Below are positions 47,750 through 62,700 of a DNA stretch of 63,856 nt, piece after piece. The position numbers and the translations under genes were made by a program. The notes under the pieces are model-generated. The model did not search any database and had not been told where the DNA came from. It saw only the letters and a list, made by a program, of their open reading frames with translations. The stretch spans positions 1 through 63,856 of the forward strand of contig CALSCP010000837.1 in assembly GCA_943704425.1 (NCBI GenBank), given 5' to 3'. Numbering within the stretch: position 1 is the first letter of the stretch; each line of letters opens with the position of its first letter. The DNA comes from Ministeria vibrans ATCC 50519. Taxonomy: Eukaryota > Protista > Filasterea.

Positions 47750-50700
47750 TCACAATCGAGACTCGCCGACCATGCTGTCGTCGTCCTCAAAACCATCGCC
47801 GTACACACTGCCCGGCAGAGGGTTGTCGAGGGTCGCGTCAGCCTTGATGCTCGGTCGGCGCGTCGTCGTGTGCGTGATGTGGTCACCGTCAACAAGCTCG
47901 CTTCTGGTGCGCACGGTCTCGGTTGTCTCAACCACCTCGATCGTGCCGTCGTCGAGCACACGCTCCTCAGTGTGCGTCTTCACTTGCACATCCTCGTCGC
48001 TGATCATCGAGTTGATGTCCGACGCACCAATGGCGTCCTCGGCACCCTCGACGCCCGCCTTGCGGCCGGCGCGGTGGAACGAGCCCGATGCAGCGGCAAT
48101 GTCAAGAACAGCCGATTGACCTCCGGCCGCGCCAAGGCGACGCGCGCTCTGCGACGAGCCTGTGCGGCGCACGGCAGCGCGTGTCGAGCCCTCGGCCGAC
48201 GAGACGCGTCCGTCCACAAGCGACGAGGCGCTCGAGTACGAGCGCAGCGACGTCGCCGACGCCTCATCCTGATCACTGTAAGCGGCAACTCCCGCCGGAA
48301 CAATGCCTGCCGAGCCCACCAGACCCATGTTGCCATCAGCACTGGCGCTCGAGCCGTCCTTGGCGTACAGCGCACCTTGCGTCCAGCCGTCGCCCGAGCG
48401 CTGAGCCCAAGCAGCGGCGTCCTCCGAGCTGGCCCCCGCAGCGGCAGCCTCCTCGCGTGCGCTCTTGCGTCGGCGAGCCGCCACAAGAAGCACAATGAGC
48501 AGAAGCAGTGCAATAACTGCAACAATAACACCAATGACAAGACCGGCGCTGCTGCCGCTGGCCGAGCTCGCCGCACCAGTGTTGCCACCAGCCCCCACGT
48601 TGGTCGACTCGGCGCATGTGACACCGCCAAAACCAGCGACGCAGGCGCACGTGAACTCATCAATGCCGTCGGTGCAGGTGCCACCGTTCTGGCACGGCTG
48701 CGACGCACACTCATCAATGTTGATGGTGCACAGCGAGCCGGTGATGCCCGCCACGCACTGGCACGTGAAGCTGTTGGCGCCGTCAATGCACGTACCGTAG
48801 ACGGCGTGGCACGGCTGCGAAGCGCACTCGTTGATATTGGTCTGGCAGTGGACACCGTTGAAGCCCGGAGCGCAGGTGCACGAGTACGAGGCGCCGTTGG
48901 ACACGCAGGTACCGCCGTTCGAGCACGGGTTGGTGGAGCACTGGTTGACCGCCTTGGAGCAGGTGGTGCCCTCAAAGCCCGGAGCGCATGTGCACGTGTA
49001 TGTGTTGGCACCGTCGACACAAGTGCCACCGTTCTGGCACGGCTGCGCAACGCAGTCGTCAATGTTCACCGAGCAGCGCACGCCGGCAAAACCCGGTGCA
49101 CATGTGCACGTGTACTGGTTGAGACCGTCGACGCAAGTGGCGCCGTTCTGGCAGGCGTGTGCGCCACAGTCATCAACGTTGTTGGTGCAGTGGGCACCGT
49201 CGTAGCCATCGGCGCACGCGCACGAGTAGGCCGAGGCGCCGTTGACGCAGGTGGCGCCGTTGGCACACGCAGTCACACCGTAGCAGAAGTCGGTCTGCGT
49301 GCAGTCGCTGCCCGTCTTGCCGTGGGGGCACTCACAGCTGAAGCTGCCAACCTTGTCGACGCAGTTGGAGCCAAGCGGGCAGGGCGACGAGGCACAGTCG
49401 TCGGCGTTGTTCTCGCAGAGAGAGCCGGACGAGCCAAAGGCACAGTGGCAGTAGTAGGCGGTGCCGCTGTGCGTGGACATGCATGAGCCGCCGTTTTGGC
49501 AGGGGTTGCTCGAGCACATGTCGACAACGGTGCAGGTCGTGCCGGTCCAGAGAGCATTGCATTCGCAGCGGAAGCCATTGACTTCGTCGTGGCAGGTGCC
49601 ACCGTTCTCGCAGGGCGCCGACGCACACTCGTTGATGTTGGTCTGGCAGTGCTCACCGGTGAAGCCGGCGCGGCACGAGCAGCGGTAGGCGTTGACAAGG
49701 TCGACACAGTAGCCGCCGTTGAGGCAAGGGTACGACATGCACTCGTTGATGTCCGTCTCGCAGTTGGTGCCCGTGTAGCCAGCCTGGCACGAGCAAGTGA
49801 ACGAGTTAATGCCGTCGTTGCAAGTGCCGTGGTGGTTGCACGGGTACGAGGCGCACTCGTTCGTGTTGGTCTGGCAGTTGACTCCCTCCCAGCCGGGCTG
49901 GCAGGTGCACGAGTAGGAGTTGACATGGTCGCTGCAGGCACCGCCGTTCTGGCAGGGCTGCGACGCACACTCGTTGATGTCCGTCTGGCAGTGAGTACCC
50001 GTGTAGCCGTCCTGGCAGGCGCACGTGTAGCCATCAATGGCGTCGTGGCAGGTGCCCCAGTTAAGGCAGGGGAACGAGGCGCACTCGTCAATGTCAATCT
50101 GGCATTGGATGCCCTTCCAGCCACTCGGGCACACGCACGTCCACGAGGCAATACCGTCGACGCAGTAGCCGCCGTTGAGGCACGGGTTCGAGGCGCACTC
50201 GTCAATGTTATCCATGCAGAACTCGCCGGCGTAGCCGGGGCGGCACTCGCACGTGTACGAGTTGACGTGGTCGTGGCAGGTAGCGCCATTCTTGCACGGG
50301 TACGAGGCGCACTCATTGATGTTGGTCTCACAGTGGATACCCTCAAAGCCGGGCGCACACGTGCACGTGTAGCCGTTCACGCCATCGTAGCAATGACCCT
50401 GGTTGTGGCACGGGTTCGACGCGCACTCGTTAATGTTGGTCTCGCAGAGGACACCGCTAAAACCGGGGCGGCAGGTGCAGGTGAACGAGTTGACGTGGTC
50501 CACGCACGTGCCGTAGTTCTGGCACGGTGCCGACGAGCACTCGTTGATGTTCGTCTCGCAGTTGGCGCCCGTGTAGCCTGGCACACAGTTGCACGCGTAG
50601 CCATCGACATCGTCGACGCACGTGCCGTAGTTCTGGCACGGGTACGAGGCACACTCGTTGGTGTCGGTCCAGCACTGAGTGCCAGTGTAGCCGGGCAAGC

Positions 50701-53700
50701 AGGTGCAGGTGTAGCCGTTAATGTGGTCGTAGCAGGTTCCACCGTTGCGACACGGGTTGGATGCACACTCGTTGATGTCCGTCTCGCAGTGGGTGCCTGT
50801 GTAGCCCGCCTGGCAAGTGCACAGATAGTAGTTGACCTGGTCGTAGCAGTGGCCACCGTTCTGGCATGGGTTCGACGAGCACTCGTTGATGTTCGTCTCG
50901 CAGTGGGTGCCGGTGAAGCCAAGGATGCACACGCACTGATAGCCATTGATGCGGTCGTAGCACGTGGCGGCGTTGTGGCAGGGATTGGACGCACACTCGA
51001 CCACCATGGTCTCGCAGGTGGCGCCGGTAAAGCCGGGCACGCACTCGCAGGTGAAGCGGTTGAGCAGGTCGTTGCAGTGGCCACCGTTGCGGCAGGGGCC
51101 CTGGCCGTACTTGTCGACCTCACACTCGTTGATGTCCGTCTCGCAGTGGCGGCCCGTGTAGCCCGGGATGCACTGGCACTCAAACAGGTTCACGTGGTCA
51201 TAGCACGTCGCGCCGTTGACGCACGGGTTCGAGGCACACTCGTCAATGTCCGTCTCGCAACGGGCACCGGTGAAGCCAGGGTGGCAAGGGCAGTAGAAAG
51301 CATCGACACGGTCGACGCACGCGTCGCACCCAATGGGGTTGCAAGGCGACGAGGCGCACTCGTCAACATTGATGTCGCAGTGAACGCCAGTCCAGCCCGA
51401 GGCGCACTCGCACGAGTAGCCATCGATGGCGTCGTGGCATGTAGCACCGTTCTGGCAGGGCGTCGACGAGCACTCGTTGACGTTGATCTCGCAGTGAACA
51501 CCGCTCCAGCCAGAGGCGCAGTGGCACTCGTAGCCATTAATGTTGTCGCAGCACGAGGCACCGTTGAGGCAAGGCGTCGAGGCACACTCGTCATCGTTTG
51601 TCTCGCAGTTGGGCCCGGAGAATCCAAACTTGCAGCGGCAAGTATAGCCGTCAATGCCGTCGGTGCAGGTGCCGAGGTACTGGCACGGGTTTGAGGCGCA
51701 CTCATCAATGTTGGTCTCGCAGGCGTAGCCAGTGAAACCAGGCACGCAAGCGCACGTGTGCGAGAGGACACCGTCGAGGCAAGTGCCGCCGTTGACGCAA
51801 GGCCCCGAGACGCAGTCGTCAATGTTGGTCTCGCAGTGGCCACCGGTAAAGCCGGGTCGGCAAACGCACAGGTAGCCGTTGCGACCGTCAAAGCAGTCAC
51901 CGCCGTGGTGGCAGGGCGACGAGGCGCACTCGTCGATGTTGATCTCGCAGTGGACACCGGTGAAGCCCGGAGCGCAGGTGCACGAATAAGAGTTGACCTG
52001 GTCGTTGCAAGTGGCACCGTTCAGGCATGGAGCCGAAACACACTCGTCAATGTTGGTCTGGCAGTCAGCGCCTGTGTAGCCAACGACGCACGAGCAGGCG
52101 TACATGTTGACAAGGTCGGTGCACGAGCCGTCATGCTGGCACGGGTTCGAGGCGCACTCGTCAATGTCCGTCTGACAATTGACACCGGTGTAGCCAGGCA
52201 CACAGTTGCATGTGTACTCGTTGATGCCATCGATGCACGTCGCGCCATTCTGGCACGGATGCGAGTTGCACTCGTAAATGTTGAACTGGCAGTAGAGGCC
52301 GTTGTAGCCGGGCACGCAGTCGCAGGTGTAGCCGTTCACACCGTCGACGCACGTCGCGCCGTTCTGGCACGGGTTCGACGAGCACTCGTTGATGTTGGTC
52401 TCGCAGAGGGTGCCGGTAAAGCCGTCAACGCACACGCACAGGTAGGCAAGCGGTCCATCGTAGCATGTAGCGCCGTTCTGGCAGGGCAGCGAGGCGCACT
52501 CCTCAATGTCTTCCTCGCAGTGGACACCGGTGAAGCCCGACTTGCACTCGCAGCGGTAGCCGTTGACACCGTCAAAGCAGGTGGCGTAATGTGAGCACGG
52601 GTACGACATGCACTCGTTGGTGTTGATGGTGCAGTCGCGGCCCTCCCAGCCGGGAGCGCATGTGCACGAGTAGGCGTTGACGTGATCGTTGCAGGTGGCG
52701 CCGTTCTGGCACGGGTTCGATGCACACTCGTTGACGTCTGTCTGGCAGTTGTTGCCGGCGAAGCCCGGCTTGCAGTAGCACAGGTAGTTGTCAATGCCGT
52801 CGAAGCACGAGCCGCCGTTCTGGCACGGGTATGAGTTGCACTCGTTGATGTTCACCTCGCAGTGCGTGCCGGTATAGCCCGACTCGCACTCGCACGTGTA
52901 GCCGTCCACATGGTCGACACAGTCGCCCTCGTGCTGGCACGGGTTCGACAGACACTCGTCAAAGTTGACCTCGCAGCGGCGACCGACGTAACCGCTGGGG
53001 CAGCGGCATTCAAAGCCATTGACGACGTCGACACAGGTGCCGTGGTTGATGCATGGGTTGGAGGCGCACTCGTTGACATCCGTCTCGCAGTGCACGCCGT
53101 AGAAGCCGGGAGCGCACATGCAGGCGTAGCCATTGATGGCGTCCTTGCACGTTGCACCGTTAAGGCACGGGTTGGAGGCGCACTCGTCAATGTTCACCTC
53201 GCAGCGAGTGGCGGTGAATCCGGGAGCACACATGCACACAAAGTGGTTGACCTTGTCGACGCAGTAGCCGCTGTTCTGGCATGGGTTGGAGGCACACTCA
53301 TTGATGTCCGTCTCGCAGTGGGTGCCCTCGTAGCCGGGAGCACACTGGCACGTGTAGCCGTTGACAAGGTCGTGGCACGTTGCGACGTTCTGGCACGGGT
53401 TGGAGGCGCACTCGTCGACGTTGACGGTGCAGGTGGAGCCAGTCCAGCCGGGAGCGCATTCGCACGAGAAGGCATTGACCAGGTCGGTGCAGGTGCCACC
53501 ATTCTGGCACGGGTAGTTGTGGCACTCGTTGTAGTTGGTCTCGCAGTTGTTGCCGACGTAGCCCAGCACGCAAGCGCAGTTGTACCCGCCGATGTAGTCG
53601 AAGCAGGTGCCGCCGTTCTGGCAGGGGTACGAGTAGCACTCGGCAATGTTGTCGGCACAGTAGGTGCCGGTGTAGCCGTGGGCGCACTGGCAGACAAACG

Positions 53701-56700
53701 AGTTGATGCCGTCGACGCATGTTGCACCGTTGAGGCACTGGTAGTGGGCGCATTCGTTGATGTTGGTCTGGCACTCGAGGCCCTGGAAGCCCGGGGCACA
53801 AGCGCACGTGTAGCCGTTGACGTGGTCCGAGCAGGTACCGCCGTTCTGGCACGGGGTCGACGCACACTCGTTGATGTCCACCGAGCAGGTGGGGCCAGTG
53901 TAGCCGGGGCGGCAGGGGCAGAAGAAACTATTGATCTGATCCATGCAGTGTCCCTGAGTGCCGACGTACGAGCAAGGATGCGAAGCGCACTCGTTGATGT
54001 TCACCTCGCAGTAGTAGCCGGTGTAGCCGGGAGCACACTGGCACGAGTAGCCGTTGAAGTGGTCGACACAAGTGCCGCCATGCTGGCAGGGCATCGAGAC
54101 ACACTCGTTACGCTCGATTGAGCAGTCGGAGCCCTCCCAGCCAGGCTGGCACAGGCACGAGTAGCCAAAGTGCTGGTCGACACACGTGGCACCGTTCTGG
54201 CACGGGTGGCTCACGCACTCGTTCTCCTGGTGCTCGCAGTTTGCCCCGTACGTGCCCTGGACGCAAGTGCACAGGTACTGGTAGTGGTTTACGACGGCAC
54301 AGGTACCGCCCGATTGGCAAGGCTGCGACGCGCACACGTCAGGCAAGTGGCAAGTGGGACCGGTGAAACCGGGAGCGCACATGCAGGTGAACGAGTACTG
54401 ACCGTCGATGCAGGTCGAGCCGTACTTGCACGGGTTTGAGTCGCACTGGTTGACGTCCGACGAGCAGTGATGGCCACCGTGGCCGTAGGGGCAAATGCAG
54501 TAGTAGCCGAGGTGCTGGTCGACACAGGTCCCGCCGTACTGGCAGGGGTTTGAGGCGCACTCGTTGGTCGACACCTGGCAGAGGTGACCCTCGTAGCCGG
54601 GGCGGCATTGGCAGTAGTAGGCATTGAACAGATCGACGCACGTGCCGTAGTTGAGGCACGGGTTTGAGGCACAGTCGTCAATGTCAACGTCGCAGTTAGT
54701 GCCGGTGTAGCCGGTGAGACAGTGGCACGAGTACGAGTTGAAGCCGTCGACGCAGTAGCCACCCATGCACGGACTCGAAGCGCACTCGTCAATGTTAACC
54801 TCACAGACAACACCGGTGAGGCCGGCGGGACACACGCACGTGAACGAGTTGTGGCCGTCAATACAGGTGCCATAGCTCTGGCACGGGTTGGAGGCGCACT
54901 CGTTGACTTGCTCGCTGCAGTCGTGGCTGCAAAAGCCGGGCACACACTCGCACGTGTAACCGTTGATCTCGTCGAAGCAGGTACCGCCGTTGTGGCAGGG
55001 AGTCGAGGCACATTCGTTGATGTTGGTTTCGCAGTGGAGACCGGTGAAGCCGGCGGCACACTGGCACACGTAGTGTGTGTAGTAGTCGTGGCAGTTTGCA
55101 CCGTTGAGGCACGGGTGACCGTAGCAGGCGGCAATGGGGTACTGGCAGTTGGTGCCGGTGTAGCCCGGCGCGCAGGTGCAGGTGTAGCCGTTGTTGCCGT
55201 CGGTGCAGGTAGAGCCATGGGCGCACGGGTACGAAAGACACTCGTTGATGTCGTACTGGCAGTAGGTACCAGTCCAACCCGGTGGGCAGGAGCAGTAGTA
55301 GCCGTTGTGGTAGCCATGGCATGTGGAGCTGCCGTAGCAGGGCGAAGTCGAGCACATGTCAATGGGCACGTCGCAGTGAGGTCCAGTCCAACCGGGGGTG
55401 CAAGTGCAGTGAGCCTGGTAGCCCTGCAGGGTGCAAATGGCGCCGTGCGCACATGGGTTGTATGTGGTGCACACGGCTGGGCTGGGCGCAACACAGTTGC
55501 TCGAATAGCCGCTGTGGCACACGCACACGTAACCCAGGTGGAGGTCAATGCAGTCGGAGTGTCCGGGGCACGGGTCCGAGGCGCACTCGTCGACGCTGTG
55601 CGAGCAAGTCGAGCCGTAGTAGCCAGGCAAGCACGCACACGAGTAGCCGCCAGCAAGGTCGGTGCAGGTGCCGTGCATGCAAGGCGACGAGAGGCACTCG
55701 TTGATGTCACCGCCGCACGTGTAGCCGGTGAAGCCGGAGGGGCAAGTACAGTAGAAGCCGAGGCCGCTGAGGTCGACGTGGCAAGCGCCGCCGTTGACGC
55801 AGGGCGAGGAAACACAGGCGTTGGCGAGGATCTCGCAGCGGGCACCGGTGTAGCCAAACTTGCAGCGGCAAGTGTAGCCACCGGCGTAGTCAAGGCAACC
55901 AAAAGGCTCGGTGCCGTCGTGCGAGCAGGGGTTCGAAGCGCACTCGTTGATGTTGATGTTGCACGCGCGGCCAGTCCAGCCAGCCTTGCACTCGCACTGG
56001 TAGTCAGCAATGAGATCGTGGCACGTGAGGGTGCCGACGTGCGAGCAAGGGCTCGGGTAGGCACAATCGTCAATGTTGGTCTCGCAGTGGTAGCCCGAGA
56101 AGCCATGGGGGCACGAGCAGTAGTAGCCGCCGTAGCCGTTGAGCAGGCACGTGCCGGTGTGGCAGGGGTTGGGGTCGCAAATGTCGGGCTTGACGTGGCA
56201 CGCATCACCAGTGTAGCCATTGACGCAGACACACTGGCCGCTGACGCAGTAGCCGCCGTTGCGGCAGCCGCCGCAGATACCGCAGTTCATTGTGAGGTGG
56301 CTGGTTGTGGCCGTGTCAGAGCGCGACGACACACTCCACGTCTGGGGGAAGTCAGCGCAGCGTGCGCGCACCACAAAGGCGCTGTGCACACGGCCATACT
56401 GGAAGCTGGTGGTCTGACCACGGTCAGTGGGGTTGGGCATGAACTCGTTGTCGGGACCGGCAAAGATGGTCTGCGCTCCCGCGTGGTTGTGGTAGCCCCA
56501 GGTGGTCTCGCAGTCACCCTTGTGCGCGTTCTCGTCCTGGTCCCAGGCGCACGTGGCCGGGAACTCGAGGATGGGCTGGATCTGAATGGTCTCGGTCTCG
56601 CAGTGGATGCCGGTAAAGTAGCGGGGGCACTGGCACGTGAACGAGCCAAAGCCATCGACGCACGTGCCCGAGTTGCGGCAGGGGTACGAGGCGCACTCCT

Positions 56701-59700
56701 CAAGGTTACGCTCGCAGTCCAGACCACCGTAGCCGGTGGTGCAGCGGCACGAGTAGCCGTAGTGGTGCGACGAGCAGGTGCCCTGGTTTTGGCATGGGTT
56801 GCTGTGGCAGAAGTCCTCGTTTTCGCAGTGGGTGCCGGTGAAGCCGGCGGGGCACGAGCAGCTGTACGAGGCAACGTAGTCGTTGCAGGTACCGCCGTTG
56901 CGGCAGGGCAACGAGGAGCACTCGTTGATGTTGACGCTGCAGTCTTGGCTCTGGAAGCCCGACTTGCACACGCACTCGTACGAGGCAATGCCATCGACGC
57001 AAATCACGCTGCCAGTGTTGTCGCACGGGTTGTGTGCGCAATCGTCAATGTTGGTCTCGCAGTGGCCGCCGGTGAAGCCGGGCAGGCACTGGCAGAAGGC
57101 CGAATTGATGCCGTCAAAGCAGTTGGCGGTGCCGGCGGGCGAGCAAGGCGATGGGTTGCAATCGTCAATGTTGGTCTCGCAGTGGGTACCGGTCCAGCCC
57201 TGAAGGCAGTCACAGCTGTAGCCGTTGACGTAGTCCTGGCACTGGCGCGTACCGTACTGGTTGCAAGGCGACGAGAAGCACTCGTTGATCTGAATCTCGC
57301 AGCGTGCGCCCGAGAAGCCCGGAGCACAGTCACAGGTGAAGCCGTTGACACGGTCGATGCAGAGACCGCCGGCGGCGCACGGCGACGACTCGCACTCGTT
57401 GATGTTCTGCTCGCACAGAAGACCGGTCCAGCCAGCGTTGCAATCGCAGCGGTAGCCATCGATAAGGTCGGTGCAAGAGCCGCCCACCTGGTTGCAGGGG
57501 ACCGAGGCACACTCGTTGATGTTCACGTGGCAGTACGGGCCGGTCCAGCCAAGTTTGCAGATGCACACGTACGAGGCAATGTTGTCGACGCAGTGGTCGG
57601 TGCCGGGAGCGTGGCACGCGGCCGACGCGCACTCGTTGGTGTTGATCTCGCAGACGCCACCCTCGTAGCCGGGGTTGCAAGTGCAAACAAACGAGTTGAT
57701 ACCGTCGGTGCAAGTGCCACCGTTCTGGCAAGGGCGCGGGTCGCACTCGTTGATGTCCGTCTGGCAGAGAGTGCCGGTATAGCCGGCTTTGCAGTGGCAC
57801 AAGAAGCCGTTGCTAAGGTCCTCGCAGTAGGTCGAGCCGGTCGAGACACACGGGTTGGAGGCGCACTCGTTGACATTGGTCTCGCAGTGAACACCGGTGA
57901 AGCCAGGTGGGCACTGGCAGATGTAGCCGTTGTCTAGGTCGTGGCAGGTCGCGCCGCTTGCGCACGGGTTCGAGGCGCACTCGTTGATGTTGTGCTCGCA
58001 GTGGATGCCGTTGAAGCCTGGAGCACAGTCACAGCGGTAGCTGGCGACGAGGTCGACGCACGAGGCGCCGTTAAGGCAGGGTGCGCCGGCACACTCGTTG
58101 ACGTTGATCTCGCACTGGGTACCGGCAAAGCCGTAGGCACAGTGGCAGCGGTAGCGGTTGATGAGGTCCTCGCAAGTGGCACCGTTGGAGCAAGGCTGCG
58201 AGACGCACTCGTTGATGTTGGTCTGGCAGAGAACGCCGGTGAAGCCGATCTGGCAGACGCACTCATAGCCGTTGACGCGGTCGACGCAGAAACCATTGTT
58301 CTGGCACGGGTTTGAGGCGCACTCCTCAATGTCCGTTTGGCAGAGGACGCCGCTGAAGCCGGGCAGACAGTCGCAAGTGAACGAGTTGATACCGTCGTTG
58401 CAGGTGCCACCGTTGCGGCAGGGCTCGAAGCGACACTCGTTGACGTTCACCTCACAGTGAGAGCCGACAAAGCCGGTGATACAGGTGCAGGTGTAGCCGT
58501 TGACAGCGTCAACGCAGGTGGCGCCGTTCACGCACGGGGCCGAAGCACACTCGTTGATGTTCTCCTCGCAATGGGTGCCGGTGAAGCCCGGTTTGCAGTC
58601 GCAAATGTACGAGGCAATGCCGTCGATGCAGCGGTAGGCGCCGTGGCCCGAGCACGGGTTGGACATACACTCGTTGGTGTTGTACTCGCAGTGAATGCCG
58701 GTCCAGCCTGTCTTGCAGTTGCACACAAAGCTGTCAATGCCGTCATCGCAGCCGTACGTGCCAATGATGTTGCACGGGGTAGGGTCACACTCGTTGATGT
58801 TGGTCTCGCACTGGACGCCTGTCCAGCCGGGCTTGCACGTGCACGAGTAGTGGTTGACGCCGTCGACGCAACCCGAGGTGCCGTGGTAGTTGCAGGGCAG
58901 CGAGTGGCACTCGTTGATGTTGATGTCGCAGAGGGTGCCGGTGAAGCCAGGCAAGCAGACGCACGAGTAGGAGTTGATGCCGTCGAGGCAAGTGTGAGTG
59001 CCAAAGTAGTTGCACGGGTTGGGGTAGCACTCGTCAATGTTGGTCTGGCAGAAGGGACCGCGGAAGCCGGGCGGGCAGTTGCAGGTGAGCGAGTCAATGC
59101 CATCGATGCAAATGCCATTGTTGAGGCAAGGGTTGGAGGCGCACTCGTTGACGTTGGTCTCGCAGTTGAAACCAACAAAGCCGGGCGGGCAGTTGCACGA
59201 GTAGCCGTTGACCAAGTCGTAGCAGGGGGCACCCACCTCGCACGGGTTGGAGGCGCACTCGTTGATGTTGGTCTGGCAGGTCACACCCGTGTAGCCGGGC
59301 AGGCAAGTGCACGTGTACGAGTCGATGCCGTCGTGGCAGGTGCCAGCGTTGTCGCACGGGTAGGCGGCGCACTCGTTTGTGTTGGTCTCGCAGTTGGAGC
59401 CCTCGTAGCCGGGCACGCAGACGCACAGGTAGGAGTTGATACCGTCGAGGCAGGAGCCGCCGTTGTGACAGGGGCTCGAGGCGCACTCGTTCGTGTTAAT
59501 CTCGCAGTGAGTACCGACGTAGCCGGGACGGCAGGCGCACGTGTAGCCGTCGACGGCGTCGTCGCAGCGGATTGCACCGTAGTGATGGCACGGGTTGGAG
59601 CCACACTCGTTGACGTTGGTCTCACAGAGACGTCCGGTGAAGCCCGAGTCGCAGTCGCAGCGGAAGTCGTTGACAAGATCGACGCAAGCGGTGGTACCGT

Positions 59701-62700
59701 ACAGGGCGCAAGGCGACGGATCGCAGTCGTTGACGTCGGTCTCGCAGTGAACACCGGTGTAGCCCGGCGGGCAGGTGCACTCGTAGCCGTTGACAAGGTC
59801 AACACACGTGCCGTAGTGGTGGCAGGGCACCGAGGCGCACTCGTTGATGTTGGTCTCGCAGTGTACGCCGGTGTGGCCGGACTGGCACTCGCAAACGTAC
59901 GAGGCAATGCCGTCGTGGCAGCCAGCGGTGCCAGGACGGAAGCAAGGGTCGGGGTAGCAGTCGTTGATGTTGAATTCACAGCGGATGCCAGTGTAGCCAG
60001 GCTTGCAGTCGCACACGTGCGAGTTGATGCCGTCGAGGCACTGGAGGGTGCCCGGGTTAGAGCAGGCGGTGGGGTCGCACTCGTTGATGTTGACGCCGCA
60101 GTAGGTGCCGGTGAAGCCGGCGGGGCAGTCGCATTCAAAGCCATCGATAAGGTCGCGGCAAGTACCGTAGTTGCGGCAGGGTGCCGAGGCGCACTCGTTC
60201 ACGTTCGTCTCGCAGTGGATACCGGTGAAACCGGCACGGCAGGTGCACGAGTAGCCGTTGACGTGGTCGTTGCATGTGCCCTCAAACTTGCAGGGCGACG
60301 AGACACACTCGTTGATGTCGGTCTGGCAGTGCTCGCCGGTGTAGCCGGCGACACAGTTGCACACGTAGCCGTTGATGAGGTCGTGACAGTAGGCGCCATT
60401 CTGGCACGGGTTGGAGGCGCACTCGTTGACGTTGGTCTCGCAGTGAACGCCGGTAAAGCCCGGGAAGCACTCGCAGACGTACGAATCGATCGAGTCGACG
60501 CAAGTGGCACCGTAGTGGCAGGGGTACGAGTCGCACTCGTTGACGTTGTTGTCGCAGTGACGGCCGGTGTAGCCATCGCGGCAGTCGCAAGTGTAGCCGT
60601 TGACGTGGTCGTCGCAGCCATTGGGCTTGGTTCCAACAGCATCGCACGGGTTGGAGGCGCACTCGTTGATGTTGGTCTGGCACTGGGCGCCGGTGAAGCC
60701 GTTGGGGCAGAAGCAGAGGTAGCCGTTAACAAGGTCCTGGCAGTAAGCGTTGTTCTGGCACGGGTTTGAGGCACACTCGTTCTTGTTGGTGCTGCACAGA
60801 ACACCGGTGTAGCCGGGCTTGCAGTCGCAGACAAACGAGTTGACGCCGTCGAGGCACTGGAGTGTGCCGTACTGGTCGCAGGGGCTGGGGTAGCACTCGT
60901 TGATGTTTTCCTCGCAGAGGACGCCGGTCCAGCCTGGCTTGCACGCACACACGTACGACGTGACGCCGTCGATGCACTGAGCGGTGCCCGACGCAAAGCA
61001 GGGGAAGGGCTGGCAGTCGTTGATGTTTTCCTCGCAGTAGAGACCAGTGAAACCAGGGTTGCAGCTGCAGACAAAGCGATCAATCAGGTTCTGGCAGTTT
61101 GCGGTGCCGGCAAACGAACAAGGGTAGGAGGCACACTCGTTGATTTCGACCTCGCAGTCGCGGCCGGTCCAGCCCGGAGCACAAGCGCACGAGTAGGTGT
61201 TCACCTGATCGATGCAGTTGAGTGAGCCGACGGCGTTGCACGGGTTGGGGTCGCAGTTGTTAATGTTCTCCTCGCAGTTCTGGCCGGTGAAGCCAGGGAC
61301 GCACTGGCACGTGAAGGTACCGACACCGTCAACGCAGGTGCCACCGTTCTGGCAGGGGTTGATAGGTGGGCAATCGTTAATGTTGGTGAGACAACGGGCA
61401 CCGGTGAAGCCCGGTGAGCACTGGCACGTGGCGGTACACTCAATGCTGGCGGAAGAGCCCTCGTCGCAGGCCTCGCCGAGCGACGGGGTGAGGATGCCAT
61501 CGCCACAGCCGATGAAACGGAAGTAGTTGGGGAAGGAGGCGACGACGGAGGAGCCATGCTGGATGATGAGCGACACTTGGCCAAAGGCGAGGGCGGCGGG
61601 CACCTTGCAGGCAATCTGCCAGTAGGACACGTAGAGCGCCTGGACCTGGAGACCGTTGAAGTGGCACGTGTACGTGTTGGACGCGTAGTAGTTGGCGCCG
61701 AGAACGAGAACAACGCCATCCTCGTAAATGTCCGAGCCGTAGCCGGGCACCACCGAGTTTGCCGTCGGGTGACCACCAATGTAGTTGGAGCAATCGTAGC
61801 CGCCCCAGCCAGAGTCGCACGAGCACACGCCGGCGCCCGAGCAAGAGCCGTGTCCCGAGCAAAAGTGAGGGCAGTGAAGCATGGGCGGGTAGGTGACCGA
61901 GTGAGTGTGAGCGTAGTGGTTGCAGGCGGAGTAGAAGGCGACGAGCGTCTGCTGAGCGTACGTCTGGCAGCCGCACACCTGAGCGTCGTAGATGCACGAG
62001 TGGTAGAACATTTGGGTGTCGAAGCCAATGCCAATGCATGCCTGGGCAAAGGGACCCGTAAGGAAGTAGGAGGAGCAAGTGGCGGTGGCGGTCGTCTGCA
62101 CGTGGTTGTTAGGCCAGGTGGGCGTGTAGTTTGGGGGCACAGGGGTGAACGTGTAGGGTGTTGTGGGCGGGTTGCAGTAGTTTGTGGTGGCGCAAATCTG
62201 ATGCCAGACGTTGGTGACGACGCCCGTGTAGGGAGTCGACGAGCCTGCGCAGGGGTGGAGACCGTACGCCTCGGGTGGCGTGTAGTACTGGTGCGAGACC
62301 GACTGACCGCAGGGCAGGCTGAGAGTAGGCACGGTGGCGGTGGGGTAGTAAAAGAGCGACTCGGAGTGGGGCGCGAGCCATGAGCTGCCAAAGGCAACAG
62401 CGTTGGTGGCGAGCGTTCCATCGGGCTTGGTGAGGTCGTCACCCGAGTTACCATTGGGCACACCACAAAGACCGTAAACACAGTTGGCGAAGGCGCCCGA
62501 CACCTCAACCATAATGTTGAGGTACCAGCCACCGGACCACTGGTGCGACATGACGTTGACGTAGGAGCCGTCGGGGAGTTCAATTTGCGTCTCGATGCTC
62601 GACACGGAGCGAATCACAATGTTGCTGGCCAGGTAGTTGCCGTGCACATAGACGACGGGGTAGGAGTTGTGAAGGGAGACGGAGATAACCGAGGGACCGT

